Below are positions 20,101 through 31,435 of a stretch of DNA of 60,000 nt, piece by piece (the stretch's first letter is position 1; each line of letters begins with the position of its first letter). A program made the position numbers and the translations under genes. The notes beneath the pieces were generated by a model. The model was not told the origin of the DNA, ran no database searches, and saw only the letters and a program-made list of their open reading frames with translations. The stretch lies in assembly GCA_964187785.1 (NCBI GenBank), contig OZ076409.1, forward strand, positions 31,932,001-31,992,000. The letters run 5' to 3'. The DNA comes from Amphiscolops sp. MND2022 (lineage: Eukaryota).

Positions 20101-23100
20101 ACTAACGCTAAAACAAGCGTTTCCCTGCGTTTAAACCGTTTTTCAGCGAAAACGAGGTTAGATGCGCTAAAACGCGTTATTTCGCGCTAAAAACGCGTTT
20201 CATGCACACTATCGGTTTTAACACAATGGAAGCACTGGAAATGGTGCAAATGCATTAAATTATGCAGAACTAGGCTAATTGACGCTAAAACAAGAAATTC
20301 TCTGCGTTTAAACCGTTTTTCAGCGAAAACGACGTTAGATGCGCTAAAACGTGTTATTTCGCGCTAAAAACGCGTTTAATGCACACTATCGGTTTTAACG
20401 CAATAGAAGCACTGGAAATGGTGCAAATGCATTGAATTATGCAGAACTAGGCTAACCAACGCTAAAACAAGCGTTTCCCTGCGTTTAAACGCGTTTTTCA
20501 GCAAAAACGATGTTAGATGCGCTAAAACGCGTTATTTCGCGCTAAAACGCGTTTCATGCACACTATCGGTTTCAACGCAATGAAAGCACTGGGATTGGTG
20601 CAAATGCATTGAATTATGCAGAACTAGGCTAACTAACGCTATAACAAGCATTTCCTTGCGTTTAAACGCGTTTTTCAGCATAAACGACATTAGATGCGCT
20701 AAAACGCGTTATTTTGCGCTAAAAATGTGGTTTGTGCACACTATCGGTTTTGACGCAATGGAAGCACTGGAAATGGTGCAAATGCATTGAATTATGCAGA
20801 ACTAGGCAATTTAACGCTAAAACAAGCGTTTTCCTGCGTTTAAACGCGTTTTTCAGCAAAAACGACGTTAGATGCGCTAAAACGCCTTATTTCGCGCTAA
20901 AAACGCGTTTAATGCACACTATCGATTTTTACGCAATGGAAGCACTGGAAATGGTGCAAATGCATTGAATTATGCAGAACTAGGCTAACTAACGCTAAAA
21001 CAAGCGTTTCCCTGCGTCTAAACGCGTTTTTCAGCAAAAACGATGTTAGATGCGCTAAAACGCGTTATTTTGCGCTAAAAACGCGTTTTATGCACACTAT
21101 CGGTTTTAACGCAATGAAAGCACTGGAAATGGTGCAAACGCCTTGAAGTATGCAAAACTAGGCTAACTAACGCTAAAACAAGCATTTACCTGCGCTTAAA
21201 TGCGTTTTTCAGCAAAAACGACGTTAGATGCGCTAAAACGCGTTATTTCGCGCTAAAAACGAATTTTATACACACTACCGGTTCTAACGCAATGAAAGCA
21301 CTGGGAATGATGCAAATGCATTGAATCATGCTAGGCCACCTAACGCTAAAACAAGCGTTTCCCTGCGTATAAACGCGTTTTTCAGCAAAAACGACGTTAG
21401 ATGCGCTAAAACGCGTTATTTCGCGCTAAAAACGCGTTTTATGCTTACTATCGGTTTCAACGCAATGAAAGCACTGGGAATGGTGCAAACGCATTGAATT
21501 ATGCAGAACTAGGCTAACTAACGCTAAACAACTGTTTCCCTGCGTTTAAACGCGTTTTTCAGCAAAAACGACGTTAGTTGCGCTAAAACGCGTTATTTCG
21601 CGCTAAAAACGATTTTTATTCACACTACCGGTTCTAACGCAATGAAAGCACTGGGAATGATGCAAATGCATTGAATCATGCAAAACTAGGCCACCTAACG
21701 CTAAAACAAGCGTTTCCCTGCGTATAAACGCGTTTTTTTTAGCAAAAACGACGTTAGATGCGCTAAAACGCGTTATTTCGCGCTAAAAACGCGTTTAATG
21801 CTTACTATCGGTTTCAACGCAATGAAAGCACTGGGAATGGTGCAAACGCATTGATTCATGCAAAACTAGGCTAACTCACGCTAGAACAAGCATTTCTTTG
21901 CGTTTAAACGCGTTTTTCAGCAAAAACGACGTTAGTTGCGCTAAAACGCGTTATTTCGCGCTAAAAACGCGTTTTATGAACACTATCGGTTTTAACGCAA
22001 TGAAAACACTGGGAATGGTGCAAACGCATTGAAATATGCAGAACTAGGCTAACTAACGCTAAAATAAGCGCTTCCTTGCGTTTAAACGCGTTTTTCAGCA
22101 AAAACAACGTTAGATGCGCTAAAACGAGTTATTTCGCGCTAAAAACGAGTTTTATACACACTACCGGTTCTAACGCAATGAAAGCACTGAGAATGATGCA
22201 AATGCATTGAAGTACGCAACACTAGGCTAACTAATGCTAAAACAAGCGTTTCCTTGCGTTTAAGCGCGTTTTTCAGCAAAAACGACGTTAGATGCGCTAA
22301 AACGCGTTATTACGCGCTAAAAACGCGTTTTTTTGCACACTATCGGTTTTAACGCAATGAAAGCACTGGGAATAGTGCAAACGCATTGAATTATGCAAAA
22401 CTAGGCTAACTAACGCTAAAACAAGCATTCACCTGCGCTTAAATGCGTTTTTCAGCAAAAACGACGTTAGATGCGCTAAAACGCGTTATTTCGCGCTAAA
22501 AACGAATTTTATACACACTACCGGTTCTAACGCAATGAAAGCACTGAGAATGATGCAAATGCATTGAATTATGCAAAACTAGGCCAACTAACGCTAACAC
22601 AAGCGACGTTTCCCTGCGTATAAACGCGTTTTTCAGCAAAAACGACGTTAGATGCGCTAAAACGCGTAATTTCGCGCTAAAAAGGCGTTTTATGCACACT
22701 ATCGGTTTCAACGCAATGAAAGCACTGGGAATGATGCAAACGCATTGATTCATGCAAAACTAAGCTAACTAACGCTAGAACAAGCATTTCCTTGCGTTTA
22801 AACGCGTTTTTTAGCAAAAACGACGTTAGATGCGCTAAAACTTGTTTATTTGCTCTAAAAACGCGTTTTATGCACACTATCGGTTTTAACGCAATGGAAG
22901 CACTGGAAATGGTGCAAATGCATTGAATTATGCAGAACTAGGCTAACTAACGCTAAACAAGCGTTTCCCTGCGTGTAAACGCGTTTCCCAGCAAAAACGA
23001 CGTTAGTTGCGCTAAAACGCGTTATTTCGCGCTGAAAACACGTTTTATGCACACTATCGGTTTTAACGCAATGAAAACACTGGGAATGGTGCAAACGCAT

Positions 23101-25369
23101 TGAATTATGCAGAACTAGGCTAACTAACGCTAAAACAAGCACTTCCCTGCGTTTAAACGCGTTTTTCAGCAAAAACGACGTTAGATGCGCTAAAACGCGT
23201 TATATCGCGCTAAAAACGCGTTTTATGCACAATATCGGTTTAAACGCAGTGAAAGCACTGGGAATGGTGCAATTGCATTGAATCATGCAGAACTAGGCTA
23301 ACTAACGCTAAAACAAGCATTTCCCTGCGTTTAAACGCGTTTTTCAGCCAAAACAACGTTAGATGCGCTAAAACGCGTTAATTCGCGCTAAAAACGCGTT
23401 TTATGCACACTATCGGTTTTAACGCAATGAAAGCAGTGGGAATTGTGCAAACGCATTTAATTATGCAGAACTAGGCTAAATAAACGCTAAAACAGGCATT
23501 TCCCTGCGTTTAAACGCGTTTTTCAGCAAAAACGACGTTAGAAGCGCTAAAACGCGTTATTTTGCGCTAAAAACGCGTTTTATGCACACTATCGGTTTTA
23601 ACGCAATGAAAGCACTGGGAATTGTGCAAACGCATTTAAATATGCAGAACTAGGCTAACTAACGCTAAAACAAGCGTTTCCCTGCGTTTAAACGCGTTTT
23701 TCAGCAAAAACGACGTTAGATGCGCTAAAACGCGTTATTTCGCGCTAAAAACCCGTTTTTTATGCACAATATCGGTTTTAACGCAATGAAAGCACTGGGA
23801 ATAGTGCAAATGCATTGAATTATGCAAAAATAGGCTAAGTAACGCTAAAACAAGCGTTTACTTGCGTTTAAACCCGTTTTTCAGCAAAAATTGACGTTAG
23901 ATGCGCAAAAACGCGTTATTTCGCTCTAAAAACGCGTTTTATGCACGCTATCGGTTTTAACGCAATGAAAGCACTGGGAATAGTGCACACGCATTGAATT
24001 ATGCCGAACTGAGTAACTAACGCTAAAACAAGCACTTTCCTGCGTTTAAACGCGTTTTTCAGCAAAAAAGACGTTAGATTCGCTAAAACGCGTTATTTCG
24101 CGCTAAAAACGCGTTTTGTGCACACTAACAGTTTTAACGCAATGAAAGCACTGGGAATAGTGCAAATGCATTGAATAAAGCAGAACTAAGCTAACTAACG
24201 CTAAAACAAGCGTCTCTCAGCGTTTAAACGCGTTTTTCAGCAAAAACGACATTAGATGCGTTAAAACGCGTTATTTCGCGCTAAAAACGCGTTTTATGCA
24301 CACTATCGGTTTTAACGCAATGAAAGCACTGGGAATGGTGCAAATGCATTGAATTATGCAGAACTAGGCTAACTAACGCTAAAACAAGCATTTCCCTGCG
24401 TTGAAACGCGTTTTTCAGCAAAAACGACGTTAGATGCGCTAAAACGCGTTATTTCGCGCTAAAAACGCGTTTTATGCACACTATCGGTTTTAACGCAATG
24501 AAAGCACTGGGAATGGTGCAAATGCATTGAATAAAGCAGAATTAGGCTAGATAACGCTAAAACAAGCGTTTCTCAGCGTTTAAACGCGTTTTTCAGCAAA
24601 AACGACGTTAGATGCGCTAAAACGCGTTATTTCGCGCTAAAATCGCGTTTTATGCACACTATCGGTTTTAACGCAATGAAAGCACTGGGAATGGTGCAAA
24701 TGCATTGAATTATGCAGAACTAGGCTAACTAACGCTAGAACAAGCATTTCCCTGCGTTGAAACGCGTTATTCAGCAAAAAGGACGTTAGATGCGCTAAAA
24801 CGCGTTATTTCGCGCTAAAAACGCGTTTTATGCAAATTATCGGTTTTAAACGCAATGAAAGCACTGGGAATGGTGCAAATGCATTGAATAAAGCAGAACT
24901 AGGCTAAATAAAGCTAAAACAAGCGTTTCCCAGCGTTTAAACGCTTTTTCAGCAAAAACGACGTTAGATGCGCTAAAACGCGTTATTTCGCGCTAAAAAG
25001 CGTTTTATCCACACTATCGGTTTCAACGCAATGAAAGCACTGGGAATAATGCAAATGCATTGAAATATGCAGAACTAGGCTAACTAACGCTAAAACAAGC
25101 ACTTCCTTGCGTTTAAACGCGTTTTTCAGCAAAAACGACGTTAGATGCGCTAAAACGCGGTATTTCGCGCTAAAAACGCGTTTTATGCACACTATCGGTT
25201 TTAACGCAATGAAAGCACTGGGAATGGTGCAAACGCATTGAATTATGCAGAAATAGGCTAACTAACGCTAAAACAAGCTCTTCCCTGCGTTTAAACGCGT
25301 TTTTCAGCAAAAACGACGTTAGATACGCTAGAACGCGTTATTTCGCGCTAAAAACGCGTTCAATGCACA
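17147..25369. repeat. Satellite DNA, ~178-bp monomer (177-bp variant), about 46 copies, running into the gap
   Basis: ATGCACACTATCGG recurs at 19316, 19493, 19670 (177 bp) and 24296, 24474 (178 bp); monomers are more diverged in 17147-19000. Confidence 0.97.
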
Positions 25370-25569
25370 NNNNNNNNNNNNNNNNNNNNNNNNNNNNNNN
25401 NNNNNNNNNNNNNNNNNNNNNNNNNNNNNNNNNNNNNNNNNNNNNNNNNNNNNNNNNNNNNNNNNNNNNNNNNNNNNNNNNNNNNNNNNNNNNNNNNNNN
25501 NNNNNNNNNNNNNNNNNNNNNNNNNNNNNNNNNNNNNNNNNNNNNNNNNNNNNNNNNNNNNNNNNNNNN
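25370..25569. other. Assembly gap (200 N)
   Basis: Run of N; adjacency across it is not sequence-supported. Confidence 1.
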
Positions 25570-25902
25570 CTAAATCTTTTGTCGATGATTTTTGTATGGA
25601 ATTCCATATATGGAAACATCGTATGGACCATGTCAACCCCGACAGATGCACTTGACATACTCTTTTCTGTGTCTGAGATGAACTATTGCACCAAGTATTC
25701 CCGGGTTTCCCAACGGATCATCATCGGACCGTAATATGCACCATACAAATCATACAAATTTCCTAACTATGATCTTGCAAGGATCAGCGTGGAATCACAT
25801 ATGGTCCAGAGTATGATCAGCCTGGAATCATGAATTTTGGTTCCAAACGACGTAAGGTGACGTGACATGCAAATGTTGAGAACAGCCAGCTTTATAGGTT
25901 GA

Positions 25903-26622
25903 TGTAACGGCAAGTGCTAAGCATTTGTGACGTGACGATATAGTGGAGGAACTGGTACCATGGATAGGGTCCAGGAGAAACCACCACGATATCAGCTCAT
26001 TTTGTTCTCCTATGGTTAGCCGGTCCCGATGAGGGGAACCGTCCTTAAGGACGCTCTCTGGCCCAATACCAGATTGTAATTGCTAAGATTCACAAGTTTT
26101 GCCCTGATCTTTGCAGCCACAGTGAAAAAACGGCCTACACACAAACGGCAAAAACAGCAAGGTGAAAAATAGCTGTATTTCTCCAATGGGAATCTCATTA
26201 AATGCAATTCGAACATCAAAATAGCCCTCGAGCATATTAAAATCTAAATACACAAAAATCACAGAAAGTACGACAACAGAGTCCATTTTGGCGAGATTTG
26301 TGGATACTGGGACGGCATGGCACCAGCGTTCGAGCTGGGCACAACCCCTGGCATGAGTACAGTCCTCAGGCTGTCATGATGTTCCTGGGTTTAACACTGC
26401 AAAAAACTGTATTGCTGCAGGCAAACACAGTGGTTATGGCTTTTTGTTCTTTTCACTGGCAAAACTCGGTTGTTTCGCGTTCTTTCGGGGGCGGATTCTG
26501 TGACCGTCTTTCAACACGTTCTGCTGACAGGTACTTTGCAAAGTCATGATTGCGTGCCACGTCAGATTTGAACGAGTTTTTCAAAATGTGTCAAAATTTG
26601 TTGATAGCAGGATGCCGTTACA
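25903..26622 (-). repeat. 3' LTR of element A (720 bp)
   Basis: TGTAACGGCA...TGCCGTTACA with 10-bp terminal inverted repeat; preceded on the minus strand by PPT-like GGGGTGTGG; direct repeat of 44946-45657. Confidence 0.85.
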
Positions 26623-27399
26623 CCACACCCCGAGCTTCTGACTTGTCGTCCATGGCAAGCACCGCAGGACCTCGTCCATGAACTGGGTTGCCTCCAGTGC
26701 TGCAGATACATCATCGGGCAACGATGGATCCTTGTTTGTCATCGGCCTTTGGAGTAGCACCAAATGCGATCTTATCCTACCTTAAGACCTCGTCTTTTTA
26801 CAAAAAAACGTGAATTTTTCAACACGAGCCAAAAGCTAGAAATTTTGAAGAGCATTTGCCACTTTTGAAGCACCTTTGAAGGTTGAAACGTTTTTTGCGG
26901 CTATTGCCAGCTGAACGATCTTTTTGCATCAGTTTTTCAACTTTAGTTTTAGAAGTTTTCTGGTTTGAAATTTGTTTTTCCGTGGAGCCCGCGAGCTTTG
27001 CAACTAAAGAGACAGTTGATAGCATGACAAAGACCCAACGATAGAAATACAGCTCAGGACAAAAGTTCTTTTTCTCACGCTCCTCCTCGGGACTAATTTC
27101 TTCAACACCATTCAAGGTGTTAGAAAGTAACAAACAAAATTTTTCTTGATAAACTTCTTTAACATATAGTTGAACTAATACTCTAACACGTAGGGGGGCA
27201 GGCGCACTCAGAGGCCATACACCCACAGCACATTACAAATAGAGACATAAGCAACCTAAATTGAACTAAAAGTTGCACCGATTTGGTCTGCACCGTAATA
27301 CAAGGCAACATTTCGGGGCGATGAGAATTTTCAGGCACCTCTGGAGTTTTTGTCGGTGAGCTCACCTACTTTATTGCAAAGTTTCGTCACTGTAAAGCT

Positions 27400-30300
27400 G
27401 ACTTATATCTGCTGCGGGGCAAGACCTCTGTAGGAGGTGAGGCAGCACTCACAGAAGCTCGTCTTGCAGGGGACGGCAAAAGGTCTCTGTATCCCTGTCG
27501 ATGGTTAGACCGTCAATGGGTTCGACCAGTGCTACATTGAGGTCAATTCCGCAGCGTGCTCCCCCGTCTGCTCTGGTGTCACCGGGGATCGGCTGGTTCA
27601 GTGGTCTCCACTTCATTCGGGGCTTCCACAGTCAATGGTTTTTTCAATAACATAGCCATGTTTGGGGCCGGTTTCTGTGTTGGTGGCTGCGCTAAGGCCC
27701 TAGCGCGCTCGGCATCAGCTCTGCTGTTGGCAGCAACTGCCACACCCTTAGATACCCATCCGGAGTGCTTCCCGAGCCCGCAGGTTCTTTTCCATGTCTC
27801 GAAACTGTTAAGCTCCAGATTCAGACATTCATCCTCCCACTCCGCGCTCAACTCAGTTTCAAGTACTGAATTGACGATGTCGTGCAGCACTAGCGGCATG
27901 TCACTACACTAGACTTGGTCATTCTCCCCTGGGAAGCCACGCAGGGTCATACTGTACGGGAGCCATCCTGTGAGACGTGAGACAAATTGCGCTGTCGCAG
28001 CTGGGCAGCTAACTCGATTCACAATTGAACGTCCGCGAAGTCCAAGTCTTGCAGCTGGTGGTACATTTATTCCTGTCCACAGCCAGTGGGACGCACACGA
28101 GAATAGCTCACGGGCTCTTTCCAATATCGGTTGGAGATTTGGATGAACACAAAGGAGTGGTTAAAGCGCGCATTAGGACTAGCCCTCAAGCTAGCGTTGA
28201 TCATTTTCTACAGAAGTTCAGTTGGCCACGGAAACCTGAAGGGTTTCCATCCAAGATCAAGAGGAGCAATGTACTAGTTCACTGCGCCGTATTCCTTGGG
28301 TAGAAAGCTCGCTTTGCGGGTGCGAGCTCTGATTACACCCATCATGTTTTCCTCAGACTGCTGTTGAGTTTTGATGGTGGTTTAGGCCTGTGGCACCTCA
28401 CTGCTGAGCTTTGAGTGAATCCGTAAATGTCCCAGCGGTCCAAAGTTCGGAATGAGAACTGGGGCAATGACAGGTAGCAGATCATCCTCTTCAGTCAGCG
28501 TAAGATCCGCTAGCTGCTGAGGCTTGGCCAATCAGCATTCTCGCTGAGAAGTTGTCTCCGGGTTGTGGAGCCCTTGTTCTTGGTCCACGCCCACAAACAA
28601 GCCAGACGCGAAGTCCAATGAGGAGTACAACTAGTCTGGCAGCAATGCCCGCAGCTTGAACAAGGGTTCCGTGTAATTTTGGTTGTTCTGCAGGAACAAC
28701 ACCTCGCCAAAATCGATTACGCCGCTCATTTCGTCATGCGCTAACACTAGGTACGTGTAGATTTCATACAGCTTCCCGGCCGCAACCATGTCAACCAAAA
28801 TGGCCAGTGGACCCGCCACGAACTTGGTGGGACTCAAAGCTAGCGCTAGAACTATCAGTTCATTGATGGTCTTTAACTCAAGCGTTTCGTGCAGTTTCTT
28901 CACTTGAGTTCTGTTCAACTTAAACTGATTCGGGATGACGTCTAAATTCCAGTTGAGGCCAAAACTTGTCATCAGGGCTGGAAATGATACAGACAGCGCG
29001 CGAGCTGCTGTTGGCAAAGTCACCGTTGCAAGCTGCGTTTGGTACCATTCTCCGTAAATGAGCTCGCAAGCTTGCACGGCTTGTTCCAGGACAACGGCTT
29101 CCTGGTCCACGATTTGCCGCAGACCCAAGGGCAACCTGGTGGCCTCAACGCTTTCAGCGAAATGGATATGGGGTTTTGTCCGCTCCACTTCTCGATTCGC
29201 AGGCCAGCGACCTATCTGGTCCCACACAGCTGCAAGGTCTGCCTTTACAGTGGTGGGGTGGCCCGGGCGCACTAGCCAGTAATACCTGTGGATGTTCTCT
29301 CGCTCTGCTTGCGTTGCTTCAGGAAGAAAACATTGCCCTCTTGATCAAATGTCAGTTGTCCAATTCGCATTCCTTGCTCGTAGTGAATGACATCATCCCA
29401 GGTCAACTGCTCGTTACCATTTCGCTCGGTAGACTGCAGCAGGCGGGATATGGCTGCCAGCTAGACGTGAGCGGACAACGCAGCAGAACGCAACTCATCT
29501 TGCCCAACGCGCAAGTTGGGTGCACCTATGTAGAAGTCGATTATGGGCTACGCACACCTCAGTTAGCATATAGACAAACTGCTGCAACGCCTTGCCACAT
29601 TACAACATGCTCGGGTGTGACACGAACAGCACTTGATTGTTCAACTGCGTACATAGAAGTTCTGTGGTCTTCTTCATTGCGGTTGCCACCGGTGCAGTAT
29701 GCGCGCCACTGCATTTCTGGCTGCCTCACGGTTGTTCTTATCACGCAAGGTTTGCGGCAGGTCATGAAGCAAGCCCTCACAAGCCAGTTGATCGATCAAG
29801 TTCGCAAAGAAGAATTTTTTTGGAGGTGGTTCCTTGAGGGAGCCCTGGCGCTCCGGAGTAAACATTGCTGCTGCCACTTCCGCCATTTCCTGATAGACGG
29901 GATAAGGGCATTGTCGCCACCATCACATCAGGCACAATGTTGTCGTTTGGCAAGTAAGAGGGAATCGTTGAGTTTACCATGACGCAATACTGGGTCCGTT
30001 GAACCAAGTTCTTCGGGATGGGCTTCACTGTTCTGCATTGGACGAAGATAATTGTCATGCTTCAGTGGCATTCAATCACGGACACGTATCTCCCAGACCT
30101 GTTCGCCAATATCCACATCAAACGCGCGCACTGGGCCACGACGGACAACTTCCGTATTTGAGTCTGGTCCGCATTGGACGGGGGAACCCGTTGTCGATCC
30201 TTAAACTGTGGTTCCGACAAGTAGGGTCTACCTGCCAGATGCGATTGGCATTCTTGGTAACTAACGAGGCGGCCACGTCCTCTGATGGTGGGAAGTAGGC

Positions 30301-30690
30301 CGATGCGCGGGACACAGCTTTAGACGTGGTTGTACTACGAGATGAGGAGGAGGCCGTGCCATCGAGCACGGAAGACGAACTTGGTGGATACTTGTCCAGT
30401 ACCTCTGGTGCTCCACCCTACCTCGTGCGCTTGTAGCCGGACAGCTCGGCAACTACTGATATTGCCGTGCTTGGCCGTGTCGGGCGCCTCCATTACTATC
30501 AGGCCGGCGATTGCGACAGGAAATATGTCTTTCCGCAGCCATTCTTCCAAATGCTGCGCCTGACTGATTCGCTGCCCTCGAGCAGCAGCATAAGAATGTG
30601 TGCAGCCAGCAGGCTCTAAATTGGAGGGCGGTGTGACCTCGAGCTTGATTGTAGGCCATTTTAGCATAGGTCTTAAAACATGTAGCCATT
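27400..30690 (-). pseudogene. Large (~1000+ aa) accessory ORF of element A, unknown function, broken; partial second copy at 32505-35345
   Basis: Collinear minus-strand fragments (30335..30667, 29674..29886, 28631..29272, 27579..27899) joined across stops and frameshifts; boundaries approximate. Confidence 0.55.
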
Positions 30691-30991
30691 AGACTTGTCA
30701 ATATAGTGGGCTCGACCAGATGCGTGTAGTTAGGTTTATACTACATGAAGTAATGGTAAGCTTCAAGGAGTCGCATACGGCACGCTAACTGTAATCTACA
30801 GATGAAACTTTAGGAAAAAGGAGAGGAGGTGCAATAGACGTCTCTACCGAAAAACTGAAAGAGGTACTAAACTACGGCTAACCAAAAGGTGTACTCAAAC
30901 GTTTTATGCAAAAGTAAGAAAACATATGTGATAGAAAGTATGGGGCACCTTCGGGGGCATTTTTTTACTCCCCTGTCTCAATACCCAGTAT

Positions 30992-31435
30992 CTACACATA
31001 CACGCGACTGTGTAAAATTACGTAGATGTTGGTCCCTGCAGACAGATCCATCATGACCTGGTACTGGTTGACCAACGAGTGAACTGGCCGTTCATGGTCC
31101 AGTATCGGAAAGTAAATGCTCGGCGCTCCCTTGTCGCCAAGCCATAGTGTCAATTTTTCTGGGTCGAGTAGAAATTCATCAGCTATCAGCGGCTCACGCT
31201 GATTAGCTCGTACTATCATCAAATTAATAGTCTGAGAAGGCTTGTTGGTTATGGAAGTCAGTGTCAAGACCTCGCCCACCCGTTGTCGTAAGGAAAAGAC
31301 TTGCTACTTGCCACACTCGCGCAACACGTAGCGTAGCGCATTAGAATTTGTTTACAAATCAGCTGGGCAGGCCAACGCGATGTCGCCTTCAGCCTGCAGG
31401 AAGTCAGGAATGTCATAAGAGATAAATTCCACCAA
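30992..31435 (-). pseudogene. Divergent TARG1/Poa1p-like macrodomain at the C-terminus of an accessory ORF (copy 1)
   Basis: One frame with two stops: VEFISYDIPDFLQAEGDIALACPADL*TNSNALRYVLRECGK*QVFSLRQRVGEVLTL...INLMIVRANQREP...IYFPILDHERP...TNIYVILH; pattern parallels TARG1 (LAHCISED, SGEVAVL, IYYLITK, LSMPRI, TDIKITVY). Confidence 0.55.

Noticed and set aside
17224..25192. ORFs within the satellite (MCIKRVF..., MLLLTL...)
   Set aside because: Translations of the 178-bp repeat with frequent stops and frameshifts; no coding evidence
17147..25369. CRISPR-like array, or homology to the Arabidopsis 178-bp centromere repeat
   Set aside because: No unique spacers, eukaryotic context and no cas genes; only the length matches the plant repeat, with no sequence resemblance I can see
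25328..25734. ORFs spanning the N run
   Set aside because: Artefacts of translating through the assembly gap
29176..29982. 268-aa plus-strand ORF (and its copy 33845..34651)
   Set aside because: Antisense to the large minus-strand accessory ORF in GC-richer DNA; no motif; its recurrence is explained by the duplication
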